In this document: positions 9,368-18,892 of the stretch, piece after piece
Numbering within the stretch: position 1 is the first letter of the stretch
Layout of the letters: each line of letters begins with the position of its first letter
Assembly: GCA_023898465.1 (NCBI GenBank)
Contig: CP060223.1
Location: forward strand, 352,001 to 416,000
Length of the DNA stretch: 64,000 nucleotides
From: Candidatus Nomurabacteria bacterium
GTDB lineage: Bacteria > Patescibacteriota > Patescibacteriia > HK-STAS-PATE-3
Direction: 5' to 3'
Notes under the pieces: generated by a model
What the model saw: only the letters and a program-made list of their open reading frames with translations
What the model was told of the DNA's origin: nothing
Database searches by the model: none
Program-made: the position numbers and the translations under genes

Positions 9368-10894
9368 ATGGCTGTTTCTGAAAAAATGAAGCGTGAGATT
9401 CGGACGTACCGATTTCTCGAAATACTCCCAGGTGCATTCATTTGGCTTACTTTTGCTGTAACGCTTGTGGCAATCTTTTGGAAGCCGCTCTGGGCGATAG
9501 TTTTCATTATTGTCTTTGACGTCTTATGGCTGGTTCGTATTACCTATGTGCTGACATACATTATTTTAGCGTACACTCGTTACCGCCGGGCAAATAAAAT
9601 TGATTGGTTAGCGCAATGTCAACAGCCAAGATTACTCGGACGCTTCCATCAACTGAAGCATGTAGTTGTCGTGCCTAGCTTCCGAGATGAATTTCATATT
9701 ATCGATACGAGCTTACGATATCTTGTTGAATCAAGTGTGCCTCGCGAGCAAATTTTTGTTGTGCTTGCTCTAGAGGAGCGTGATGGCGAACGCGCGCATG
9801 AACTCGGTCGCCAATTAAGCGAAAAATACGGCCATCAATTTGGTCAGTGGTTGGTTACCTATCATCCAGCTGATTTGGCAGGAGAAATGCCAGGCAAGGG
9901 GTCAAATATCTCCTGGGCTGGTCATAGGATGAAGGAGCGAATTGATGAGCTTGGTTGGAATTACGATGACATTATCGTTACTTCGCTTGATGTTGATTCT
10001 TGTGTGCACCGCGAATACCTGGCCTGCTTGAGCTATGAGTTTATGACGCAAGCCTATCCGCATCGTAATAGTTATCAGCCCATTCCAGTTTTCCAAAATA
10101 ACACTTGGGACGCCCCAGCCTTCACTCGTGTGGTGGCCAGCTCAACTACCTTTTGGTTGCTTTCCGAGACTATACGCAACGACCGCATGTTTACTTTTTC
10201 GTCACACAGCATGAGCTTCCGGGCTTTGGTGGACGTAGGATTTTGGCAGAATGACATTGTCACGGAAGACTCTCGCATCTTTTTGCAGTGTTTAGTCAAT
10301 TACGATGGCGATTATGAAGTTGTGCCAATCTACCTTCCAGTTTCCATGGATACTGTGCAGGGGAGGACTTTTTGGCAAAGTGTGGTTAATCAATATAAGC
10401 AAATTCGTCGTTGGGCCTATGGCACTGAAAATCTTCCGTTTATGATTTGGAATTTTCGTGACATGCCAACAATGTCATTGCGCAAAAAGCTGCGCTATAT
10501 TTGGAATCAGCTGGAAGGGGAGTATTCATGGGCCACGGCCCCTATACTCATTTTTGTGCTAGGTTATGCGCCGCTTTGGGTTGCCCCAGAGGCTGTGCGG
10601 ACAACCGCGCTTTTTCAATCAGCCCCTTTTGTATTACAAACCATTCTCACTCTTTCTCTGACTGGTTTGTTTGTGAGTGCGGCAATTACTTGGATGATAT
10701 TGCCTCCACGGCCACGTAAAGTAAAGCAGTGGCGCAAACTTGCCATGATATTCCAATGGGTAGTGTTTCCGATCACCACTATCGCATTTGGCTCTATTCC
10801 GGCTATAGAGGCGCAAACTCGCTTAATGCTGGGCAAATATCTGGGTTTTTGGACAACTGAGAAGGTGAGGAGCGAGGAATCAAGTAAAGAGTAA
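9368..10894 (+). CDS. Membrane-embedded processive family-2 glycosyltransferase (cellulose/chitin-synthase-like)
   Basis: N- and C-terminal TM bundles. Central GT-A domain with DxD (SLDVDS) and the processive QxxRW motif (QYKQIRRWAYG). Confidence 0.7.
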   Translation: MAVSEKMKREIRTYRFLEILPGAFIWLTFAVTLVAIFWKPLWAIVFIIVFDVLWLVRITYVLTYIILAYTRYRRANKIDWLAQCQQPRLLGRFHQLKHVVVVPSFRDEFHIIDTSLRYLVESSVPREQIFVVLALEERDGERAHELGRQLSEKYGHQFGQWLVTYHPADLAGEMPGKGSNISWAGHRMKERIDELGWNYDDIIVTSLDVDSCVHREYLACLSYEFMTQAYPHRNSYQPIPVFQNNTWDAPAFTRVVASSTTFWLLSETIRNDRMFTFSSHSMSFRALVDVGFWQNDIVTEDSRIFLQCLVNYDGDYEVVPIYLPVSMDTVQGRTFWQSVVNQYKQIRRWAYGTENLPFMIWNFRDMPTMSLRKKLRYIWNQLEGEYSWATAPILIFVLGYAPLWVAPEAVRTTALFQSAPFVLQTILTLSLTGLFVSAAITWMILPPRPRKVKQWRKLAMIFQWVVFPITTIAFGSIPAIEAQTRLMLGKYLGFWTTEKVRSEESSKE

Positions 10895-10931
10895 ATAGAC
10901 TGCGGATAGTTGTCTATAACGAGAACTCTTT

Positions 10932-11297
10932 TTATTTCCGCAAAATCTTTTCCAAAGCTTTTCCTTTTGCTAGTTCATCCACCAATTTATCCAAATAGCG
11001 AATCTCTTGCATGAGGGGTTCCTTGATATTTTCCACCCTAATGCCACAAATTACCCCAGTAATAGCTTTCCGGGCAGGGTTTAGCTTAGGAGCCTTTGTA
11101 TAAAAGCTTGTTAGATCACTCTGTTGTTTTAGCTGTGTTTCAAGTTGTTTTTTTGAATATCCTGTTAACCACTGAATGGCCGTATCAAGCTCTGCTTTTG
11201 TACGCCCTTTCTTTTCCACTTTTGCAACATAGAGGGGATAGATGCTCGAAAAGGGCATGCTGTAGATTCGTGCTAGTTTTGTTTTAGATTGCTTCAT
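10932..11297 (-). CDS. DUF2200-family small protein
   Basis: [34 protein letters not shown] matches the conserved DUF2200 N-terminus. Confidence 0.5.
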   Translation of the reverse strand: MKQSKTKLARIYSMPFSSIYPLYVAKVEKKGRTKAELDTAIQWLTGYSKKQLETQLKQQSDLTSFYTKAPKLNPARKAITGVICGIRVENIKEPLMQEIRYLDKLVDELAKGKALEKILRK

Positions 11298-11313
11298 AGC
11301 TGAGATGGCGATA

Positions 11314-12252
11314 TTATTTTCCTAATTCCGTATGCGCAAGATTAGGATATCCACGTAACAATGACTCAGAGCTTTGTGGTGTTTTCCCAGCTAGTTGCAA
11401 ACCCTTCAGTTGGAGCACACCTGAACCACACTGCACATAGAGTGTGTGGTCCTGTAAAAAGGTTGCACCAGCTTTAGTTTGATCAGCCAGCAGTGCAACT
11501 TGTACATCTAAGAGTTTCATTTGCTGTGCATTCCAGGTAGTCCAGATGCCTGGCCAAGGATGCAAGGCTTGAAACTGATGATAAATTTGCTCAGCACTTT
11601 TTGTCCAATCAATTTTTCCATCTTCGCGCGTAAGAATTTGCGTGAGAGAAACTCCCTCATTTGTCTGCGGTGTAGGCTGTATTTCATCTGCCAGGTAGGG
11701 GAGGAGTGAATTTTGCAATAACTCAGCACCTTTTTTTGCTAAACGTTCATGGAGCTGTTCTCGTAAAATGCCCCCCGGAATTACATAGCTTTCTTGCTGA
11801 AGAATTGGGCCAGTATCGAGACCTTTATCCAGCAGCATAATACTTACCCCGGTTTCTTTTTCGCCATTTAATAGAGCTCCTGCCACAGGACTTGCTCCGC
11901 GATACTTCGGGAGCATCGACGGATGTACGTTCACAAAACCCTTTGGCGGGATATTAAGCACTGCCTCAGGAATAAGCTTGCCATAAGAAGCGACAATCGC
12001 TACGTCAGGCTTTGTTTCTTGTAGCCAATGTGCAAAAACTTCATCCAACTTCTTTGGTTGCATGATAGGTAATCCTAGCCGCTTTGCTAATACGGCAACA
12101 GGATTTGGTGTGAGGGTCTGGGCTCGACCTACGGGTTTGTCTGGCTGGGTGACAACGGCGATAATACGAAGCGCACCCCACTTTGCCAGAGGCTCAAGTG
12201 TCTGAGCTCCGAATTCACCTGAACCTAAAAAGACGACGGACGGCGTTTCCAT
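11314..12252 (-). CDS. fmt: Methionyl-tRNA formyltransferase
   Basis: [11 protein letters not shown]-terminus and [14 protein letters not shown] formyltransferase motif. Lies downstream of def. Confidence 0.9.
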   Translation of the reverse strand: METPSVVFLGSGEFGAQTLEPLAKWGALRIIAVVTQPDKPVGRAQTLTPNPVAVLAKRLGLPIMQPKKLDEVFAHWLQETKPDVAIVASYGKLIPEAVLNIPPKGFVNVHPSMLPKYRGASPVAGALLNGEKETGVSIMLLDKGLDTGPILQQESYVIPGGILREQLHERLAKKGAELLQNSLLPYLADEIQPTPQTNEGVSLTQILTREDGKIDWTKSAEQIYHQFQALHPWPGIWTTWNAQQMKLLDVQVALLADQTKAGATFLQDHTLYVQCGSGVLQLKGLQLAGKTPQSSESLLRGYPNLAHTELGK

Positions 12253-12731
12253 TTTTTGAGATCAAATGTTCCGTGAGTAATTCCCTTTGCTCTATCAATA
12301 AAAAGGCCGCCATTCAGATGGTCAACTTCGTGCTGAAAAATTCGTGCTAATAAGCCTTCAGCTTGCATTGTGTAACTTTCACCTTTTTCATCGTAGCCTT
12401 TGACGGTGAGCGATCTATGTCGTGGTACTGGGCCAAAAATTCCTTTAACCGAGAGACAGCCCTCTTCAACAGTTTCCTTGCGAAGCGATTTTTTCTGAAT
12501 AACAGGATTCATCATAACTATTGGCCCGTCTTTTGTTTCCACGATAATAATACGAAGATTTACGCCAACCTGAGGGGCGGCGATACCGATGCCATTCTCA
12601 GCATACATCGTTTCTAACATATCCTTGACCAGCTTACGAAAGGTGCCGGCCCGAATATCATCAAGCGTGACCGCCTTTGAGGGCTGTCGAATGCTTTCTT
12701 CATTGTACTGTGTGACGTGGAGATGGGCCAT
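12225..12731 (-). CDS. def: Peptide deformylase
   Basis: Motifs GIGIAAPQVG, EGCLSV and HEVDHLNG. Overlaps fmt by 28 nt. Confidence 0.9.
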   Translation of the reverse strand: MAHLHVTQYNEESIRQPSKAVTLDDIRAGTFRKLVKDMLETMYAENGIGIAAPQVGVNLRIIIVETKDGPIVMMNPVIQKKSLRKETVEEGCLSVKGIFGPVPRHRSLTVKGYDEKGESYTMQAEGLLARIFQHEVDHLNGGLFIDRAKGITHGTFDLKKWKRRPSSF

Positions 12732-12767
12732 ATGACTGCGCCAGTATACTCAAAATATGAGGAAAAA

Positions 12768-14609
12768 TCAAGTTGTGCTGGCAGATGGATCAAGGTCAAT
12801 CATCCATTCAGGTGGAAGCGATTGAAGTATTTTAGCTCGTTGTTCAGCCGTGCATTCTGGATCTAACTTAAGTAAAATTTGGACTAACTTTTTGTCTCCA
12901 TATACCCGGACTTGCGCTGGTAAGATTTCTTGTATAATCGTTGTATTATTTTTTTTCAGCACTGCTAAAATTGAAGCTTCAAGTTTATCAACTATCTCAT
13001 TTACTTGAAGTTGGTAACTAAGTTTAAGCAATCGGATACTCGGTGGAAAGTGAAATCGTTGTCTCTCCTTTAATTCATTTTTTAAAAAGCTTTGAATGGC
13101 AGTTGAGGAGAGGTGCTCAAGAATATATTGCTCTGTGTCGTAGCTTTGCACAATAAGTTTTTCAATAGCAGATTGCGCAAACTGTAGTGACCGAATGTGT
13201 TGATACACGGTTTCGGTAACATTCCAGCTCGATTGGGTGAGTTCACTCTCTAAGGAAAGTAGTACGGCTAGTTTAATTGGAGGAAGAGCTAAACGAAATA
13301 ATTTTTCCGTACCAATGAGAATATCAGCCTTTGCGAGATCTTCTTTTGTATATGCGCTTGATTTATCGATCGTTAGTATGTGCGCATCAGGGAAAAGTGC
13401 TCGTAAAGCTTTTGCGTTTCCCTCAATACCATAACCACTTGGTTTTATTTCTACACTTCGACATTGAGGGCACTGTAGGGGAATGTTTTGCGTGCGATTA
13501 CAATAAGGACAAAAAAGTCCACGCTCTTGGAGTTTGAGTGGAGTTGCGCATTGCTGACAGCTTGGACGCCAACCGCATTCTCGACAATTGAGACTGTGAT
13601 AACTACCACGTCGGTTTCGGAAGATAATTACTTTTTCCTTTTTAGCTAAGCATTCTTGTATAGCCTGCGTGCTTACTAAGGTGAGTATGCCCCCTGGTCC
13701 CTCACGTTGCTCATTTTTCATGGATGAAATTTGCGTAGTTGTCTGAGAGCCCCAACGCTCACTCCGGTGCCAGGAGCCGCTATATTTTTTTAGCATCTGC
13801 AAGGCGTCTAGACTGGGAATCCGACCCGTAAAAATGAGTCCGCTTCCATGTATTTTTGCTAGCTGTATAGCAAGATTTCGTGCATGGATATGCGGTTGGC
13901 GGTCGGTCTGCTTATACATATCTTCAAACTCATCAGTCAGAACAATACTTTGCAGGTCGGTAAACGGCTCATAAAGCGCACTTAGCGTGCCTAAGACAAG
14001 GAGATTGCCCTGGCGTATCCGTTCACGCGCTTGCCATTGCTCACTGCGGCTGAGCGAGCCGTGTAGGATAAGTGCTTGAAGCGGGAGAACTGCGTCGCTT
14101 TCTGCATAGTGCTCGAGACTTTGGATATCCGGAAAAAGGATAAGGATGCTCTGTCGGTCACGCTTCTTCAACAAGGCATTGAGATATTCCTCGTGAGCGC
14201 GAGGGAAATCATATTGAAAAAAAGTAAAAGAGAATTTCCCACTCTTTTTAACTTGCGCAGGTGTAGCGGAGAGTTTTTGTTCTTTTTTAGTGGGGGAGAG
14301 GAAGGCAGAGCGAAGCGCTAAGCCGACGGAGCTATGGTATTCTTTTGCTGCCCATTCAAGCAATGCTATTTGTTCAGACGTGAAAGCACCGGCCTGAAAA
14401 ACTTCCAGTATCGGCTGTATCGCTCGTGCAGGAACATCACTTTGCGACTTCATTTTTTTCACAATGCCAAAGACCTTCCTACGACGAAATGAAATCCGGA
14501 CTATTTGTCCAGGCTCGCAATGCATCCCCTCAGGTAAGGCGTAATCAAAAAAGCTAAGTTCTCTGGGGAGAGCCAGGGCGGGATAAACCTCGGCAAACTG
14601 TTTTTTCAT
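12768..14609 (-). CDS. priA: Primosomal protein N' (PriA) homologue with degenerate ATPase motifs
   Basis: PriA N-terminal 3'-end-binding region is present. The LHGSLSRSE…QGNLLVLGTLSALYEP…GSGLIFTGRIPSLDAL arrangement fits PriA. The four-CxxC zinc ribbon is present (CRECG…CQQC…CPYC…CPQC). Walker A and DExH appear degenerate (see findings). Confidence 0.7.
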   Translation of the reverse strand: MKKQFAEVYPALALPRELSFFDYALPEGMHCEPGQIVRISFRRRKVFGIVKKMKSQSDVPARAIQPILEVFQAGAFTSEQIALLEWAAKEYHSSVGLALRSAFLSPTKKEQKLSATPAQVKKSGKFSFTFFQYDFPRAHEEYLNALLKKRDRQSILILFPDIQSLEHYAESDAVLPLQALILHGSLSRSEQWQARERIRQGNLLVLGTLSALYEPFTDLQSIVLTDEFEDMYKQTDRQPHIHARNLAIQLAKIHGSGLIFTGRIPSLDALQMLKKYSGSWHRSERWGSQTTTQISSMKNEQREGPGGILTLVSTQAIQECLAKKEKVIIFRNRRGSYHSLNCRECGWRPSCQQCATPLKLQERGLFCPYCNRTQNIPLQCPQCRSVEIKPSGYGIEGNAKALRALFPDAHILTIDKSSAYTKEDLAKADILIGTEKLFRLALPPIKLAVLLSLESELTQSSWNVTETVYQHIRSLQFAQSAIEKLIVQSYDTEQYILEHLSSTAIQSFLKNELKERQRFHFPPSIRLLKLSYQLQVNEIVDKLEASILAVLKKNNTTIIQEILPAQVRVYGDKKLVQILLKLDPECTAEQRAKILQSLPPEWMIDLDPSASTT

Positions 14610-14612
14610 ACC

Positions 14613-15407
14613 CTAATGCGTTTCAAGAATACAGGTGCAATATCCAACCCCAAAAGGATACTCATAGGCCAAAATACGCCCGAAAAAATGTTTGCGATAT
14701 AAGACTCCGAGCAATAAAGAAAGCGGACCGAGTCCAAGCATTTTTGCTTCCTCCGCTTCTTCATTGCTGATGTGGAGAATTGCTTTTTCATCTCCCTGGA
14801 GTAATGCTTCCATGATTCGGGCATCAAGCGCAGAGGCCTTTGGTGTATACCCAGCCGGTGAGTTTTTCCCACGCTTATATGAAAGGTTTGCGCTGGCAAG
14901 CACGGCAACTCTTTCATTTGTCGCAAATATTTCTTCGCGAAGCATTTTACCAAATTCATACTGTGCTCGATTGTTTGTATTTGCCACCATTAAGGAAACG
15001 AGTCGAGCATTTGGTAGGTGTGGCATTGTTTGCATAGCGCTCAGTACAGTAGCGTAGTCAAGCTGCTGACCGCTTTGTAGCAGGAGAGGGAAGCGATGAT
15101 CCTCCGCTCGTTCTTTTAAGCGATGACTAAAAGCAATACTGCCAGGTACTTCTAACTGAGCGCTAAAGTCGCTAAATTCCTTTAAATCACCTTTAAGCGT
15201 TTCACCTACAGTGATTTCCCAAGCGGCAGGGATAGCGCCCTCGTGGGGGCTAAGGATAACCAATAGGTCTGGCTTGGCAGCATAAAGCTGCTGCGCCAAG
15301 GTATGATAAGCCTGGCGAGTTTTTTGCAGTTGATCGCTTGACCCAGGATTTGGCTCTTGGCTTAGCTGTGGAGGATGTGGGGCGATTGCCGCGAATACCA
15401 GCGACAT
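14613..15407 (-). CDS. LigB/Memo-like (class III extradiol dioxygenase fold) protein
   Basis: The N-terminal AIAPHPP…LVILSPHEG pattern resembles the DODA/LigB/MEMO1 family. Weak assignment. Confidence 0.35.
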   Translation of the reverse strand: MSLVFAAIAPHPPQLSQEPNPGSSDQLQKTRQAYHTLAQQLYAAKPDLLVILSPHEGAIPAAWEITVGETLKGDLKEFSDFSAQLEVPGSIAFSHRLKERAEDHRFPLLLQSGQQLDYATVLSAMQTMPHLPNARLVSLMVANTNNRAQYEFGKMLREEIFATNERVAVLASANLSYKRGKNSPAGYTPKASALDARIMEALLQGDEKAILHISNEEAEEAKMLGLGPLSLLLGVLYRKHFFGRILAYEYPFGVGYCTCILETH

Positions 15408-15413
15408 GCGTGC

Positions 15414-16883
15414 TTATTCTTCAACTTCAAAGGTGATCTTTTCGCCTGTTGGGTGAATATCTAGGGCGCGATCAGTAGTCCAAATGAGATTACTCCATTT
15501 CAAACCCAGTTGGTCAAAAACGCCAGGACTTGGGATACCGCGTTTCACACCGTCGGTGATTAAGTAGACACCGTCGGCTCCAGGGGAGGTGACGATTTCA
15601 CCATCCTTGAATTTTACCGGATCACCAATTGGGTATTGCTCAAGCTCTGCACGACTGACCGTAGTCCATCGCTGATACTTGAAGCGTGACCGTAGAATTT
15701 CCTTTGAGTAAATAGGATGACGAAGTCCATTTTCTACATAGACAATGCCGCCACTTTCGCGTTCCTGAAAAAGTACGCCAATCGGGTGAACGCTGTCCAC
15801 CTTAATCTCATCGCCATCAGGATAGATGGAGAGATCATCGTAGCTAACATGAATCAGCTCTTCAGGATTAAATCCGAGCTGACGGAAAACCTCTCGTGAA
15901 CGAATTGGGCGCTTTTTGCCATCTGCTAAGAGGTAGACGCCACCGTCAGGGGATTGGAGAAGGCTGAATTCAGGATATTTAATTGGTGTTGCGATTGGAT
16001 ACGCCTCGAGGACGAGTGGGTCTACATCAATAACTTTTTCTGGGTCATAGGAGCTATAGAAGGCTGAGCGAGAATGGAAAGGATGCCGCTTGCCATCTTT
16101 GATTAACCAAATACCGGCCTCACCGCGAGCTCGGAGGAGTGCCCCATCAAAATAGCGGACACTAAACCACTCTTGCCAAATCTTGGCAAAGAGAGAGTTG
16201 CCACCCCATCGTGGATCTCCGCCACCATAGGCGCCTACGTAAGGGTTGTAGGTGTAGAGGGCGGCAGTTGCCTCATTATCAGGAGTGATTTCAATACCAT
16301 CAACTGTGGTTTTGGGAATGCCAACGCCCCAACCAGAAACAGTATAGCCGCGTGACTGCATATCAGCTAGATAGCCATTTTGAATGCGATTACCCGCAGA
16401 ATCAACCTGGGTGCCAAATCCGAAATAGGCTGGATCGCAGTCTCCAGGACAGCCATAGCCCAGCGCCCGGTCAATAAGTTCCTGTGATGCAGTTTTTCGG
16501 GCTCGGACAAGTCCTGATTCTTTTTCAATCAAAACTAGGTAAAACTGTGGACTTAGTCGATATTTTGCTGCAGCCTCGGCAATAAGTCCGGCAGCTGATT
16601 TACGCTCGCCCTGCGCGTTATAACCGCTCACATCTTTTAGTGCGCCGCCGAGAGTGTTTAAGAAACGCTGAATTCGCCCTTCATTCATTGACTGCCAGTT
16701 GAAGAGGTCAGTGTTATTCAGCAGGTTATTTTTGTTAAAACTAAACGCTAAACCAGCCTGGGGAAGGCTGATGGTGAGTATGGTCCCTATGACTGCGAGA
16801 AACAGCGTAATTTTTCGCAGATACGGGTTTGAAGTGTTCCGCATGGTAGATAGAAGTATACTGGTTTTTCTGCTATAGTGCAA
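15414..16883 (-). CDS. Secreted or membrane-anchored protein with an N-terminal lysozyme/transglycosylase-like region and four C-terminal repeats of about 55 aa
   Basis: N-terminal TM/signal sequence. Has an 'EKES' motif reminiscent of SLT-type hydrolases. Repeats of the form G-x-Y/W-L-I-x-D-G-x-K/R-R/H-P-I-x-S-x-x-V/A-F are present, e.g. GIWLIKDGKRHPFHS, GVYLLADGKKRPIRS, GIVYVENGLRHPIYS, GVYLITDGVKRGIPS. Confidence 0.55.
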   Translation of the reverse strand: MHYSRKTSILLSTMRNTSNPYLRKITLFLAVIGTILTISLPQAGLAFSFNKNNLLNNTDLFNWQSMNEGRIQRFLNTLGGALKDVSGYNAQGERKSAAGLIAEAAAKYRLSPQFYLVLIEKESGLVRARKTASQELIDRALGYGCPGDCDPAYFGFGTQVDSAGNRIQNGYLADMQSRGYTVSGWGVGIPKTTVDGIEITPDNEATAALYTYNPYVGAYGGGDPRWGGNSLFAKIWQEWFSVRYFDGALLRARGEAGIWLIKDGKRHPFHSRSAFYSSYDPEKVIDVDPLVLEAYPIATPIKYPEFSLLQSPDGGVYLLADGKKRPIRSREVFRQLGFNPEELIHVSYDDLSIYPDGDEIKVDSVHPIGVLFQERESGGIVYVENGLRHPIYSKEILRSRFKYQRWTTVSRAELEQYPIGDPVKFKDGEIVTSPGADGVYLITDGVKRGIPSPGVFDQLGLKWSNLIWTTDRALDIHPTGEKITFEVEE

Positions 16884-17015
16884 GCGATGAGTGGCTTGCT
16901 AAAAATCAATTCTCAAGCAGTAAAACGTGCATGAAATGAGTAAGTTTGTTACTCAATACATCGTTTTGTCTACTCATCTGTTACGGATTAAGATGATGTT
17001 TCAATTGCAAAACCT

Positions 17016-17744
17016 ATGTTAAAGCTTTTTGGTGTACGTATTGATTCTCTGACAAAGGATGAACTGCGAAACAAGTTATTTGCGTTTCGTCAGAGCAGGG
17101 GACACATGATTGCCACGGTGAATCCGGAAATGTTGATGGAGGCTCGAGAAAATAAGGATTTGCAAAAAGCACTCGAGCAAGCTGATCTTCGTTTACCAGA
17201 CGGATTTGGCGTTATGCTGGCGGCAAAGTATCGTGGTCAGGCTTTAGCAGATCGACATCCAGGAATTGATATTATGAGCACCCTATTAGCACAGGCGGCC
17301 AAACAACAGGAGCGGGTGTATCTCTTTGGTGCTAAGTCAGGTGTGGCAGAAAAAGCAGCTGCTCGTCTGGTAAAAAAACATCCAGGCCTACAGATTGTCG
17401 GAGCAGAAAGTGGATTTCGTTTTTGGGGTATTCGCTTATCTGATCGTGAAATGCGTGATCGCATCAAACGCGCAAAACCAGACTTACTCTTCGTAGCGCT
17501 TGGTATCCCTAAGCAGGAGCTATGGCTAGCAAAAAATCTGCCACACCTTTCATCAGTGAAAATCGCTGTAGGCGTCGGTGGCGCTTTTGACGTTTTTGCC
17601 GGAAACGTACGTCGAGCACCTAGTTTCCTGCGAGTTATTGGCTTAGAATGGTTTTGGCGCCTCCTTGTACAACCATGGCGCTGGCAGCGAATTATCACTG
17701 CTACCTATCGTTTCTCACTGGCTGTAATTCGCGCGAAAGAATGA
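17016..17744 (+). CDS. WecB/TagA/CpsF-family (GT26) glycosyltransferase
   Basis: VNPEMLMEA…DGFGVMLAAK…FVALGIPKQELW is the GT26 pattern. Confidence 0.8.
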   Translation: MLKLFGVRIDSLTKDELRNKLFAFRQSRGHMIATVNPEMLMEARENKDLQKALEQADLRLPDGFGVMLAAKYRGQALADRHPGIDIMSTLLAQAAKQQERVYLFGAKSGVAEKAAARLVKKHPGLQIVGAESGFRFWGIRLSDREMRDRIKRAKPDLLFVALGIPKQELWLAKNLPHLSSVKIAVGVGGAFDVFAGNVRRAPSFLRVIGLEWFWRLLVQPWRWQRIITATYRFSLAVIRAKE

Positions 17745-18892
17745 AATTACCCAGCACCACATTTTCACAGTTAAGTATTTTACTCGGAGCAATACTGGGC
17801 GTGGGCATGTTTGGTTTGCCTTATTTGACAGCCCGAGCGGGTTGGACAAGTCTTTTACTTTGGTTTTTGGTAGCCGGGTTTGTTTTACTTATTGTTGGAT
17901 TTTGCTATATCCGCATTTTGCATAATAGTCAGGGCCAACACCGGCTACCCGGTTATGTTGAACAGCACTTAGGGCATCGTTGGAAACAGGCAGCAATTTT
18001 CACCACCACGATGAGTATTTGGGGCGCCTTGCTCGTATACGCTATCCTAGGCGGACAATTCTTGCATGATTTATTTGCGGATAGTGTGGGAGGTAGTTCG
18101 CTATTCTACCTCTTAGTTTTTTATGTGAGTGCGGCGGCTCTCCTTTATGTACAAGCAAAAACAATTGCTCGTGTGGAAATTTTATTGCTTTGTTTCTTCC
18201 TTGTGCTTCTGGCGATGTTATTTATCACAGGATCACGAACTGTGCAGTTTGATTTTTCTTCTTGGGATATTCGATACTTTATTCTGCCTTACGGCGCAGT
18301 ACTTTTTTCACTCTGGGGCATTGATGTGGTACCCGATGCAGCTGAGTTAGGGGAGAGGAGTGAAAAGCATATGCGTAAAACGTATTTTATTGCCCTAGCG
18401 AGCGCTGTGCTTATTTATTGCTTGTTTGTTTATGCAATACTTTCAATGAGTGGCATGGCGAGTAGTCGAGACGCACTTAGTGGCTTGGTTGGATTATTGC
18501 CACAAAAAGTTTTATTGTTCGGCTATATAATTGGTTTCATTGCCACCTTTACCTCTTTCATTAGTTTGGGAATGAATCTGCACAAGACTTTTCAATTTGA
18601 TTATGGTCAATCTAAGCACCTCGCGCTTTTTTCTACTTTAGCTTTCCCATTGGCCGTAGCTCTAGCTGGAGTTAGTGATTACTTAAATGTCATGGGTATT
18701 GTTGGATCGCTGGCAGTTGGTGCCGAGGCAATTATTATCCTGCACATGTATGATCGTTTTTCCCATGGCAGAGCACATCTCTATCGGCAGCGCGACTGGC
18801 TTACTTTTCTCACTCGTCCGCTCATGCTACTCTTGGGATTCGGAGTTATCTTAGGCATTCTTACCCCATTTTTATTGAAGTATTATGGCTGA
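17741..18892 (+). CDS. APC-superfamily amino-acid permease-like membrane protein
   Basis: The ATG at 17741 overlaps the upstream stop (ATGA). Has about 11 TM helices. The N-terminus resembles Trp/Tyr (HAAAP) permeases. Confidence 0.45.
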   Translation: MKLPSTTFSQLSILLGAILGVGMFGLPYLTARAGWTSLLLWFLVAGFVLLIVGFCYIRILHNSQGQHRLPGYVEQHLGHRWKQAAIFTTTMSIWGALLVYAILGGQFLHDLFADSVGGSSLFYLLVFYVSAAALLYVQAKTIARVEILLLCFFLVLLAMLFITGSRTVQFDFSSWDIRYFILPYGAVLFSLWGIDVVPDAAELGERSEKHMRKTYFIALASAVLIYCLFVYAILSMSGMASSRDALSGLVGLLPQKVLLFGYIIGFIATFTSFISLGMNLHKTFQFDYGQSKHLALFSTLAFPLAVALAGVSDYLNVMGIVGSLAVGAEAIIILHMYDRFSHGRAHLYRQRDWLTFLTRPLMLLLGFGVILGILTPFLLKYYG

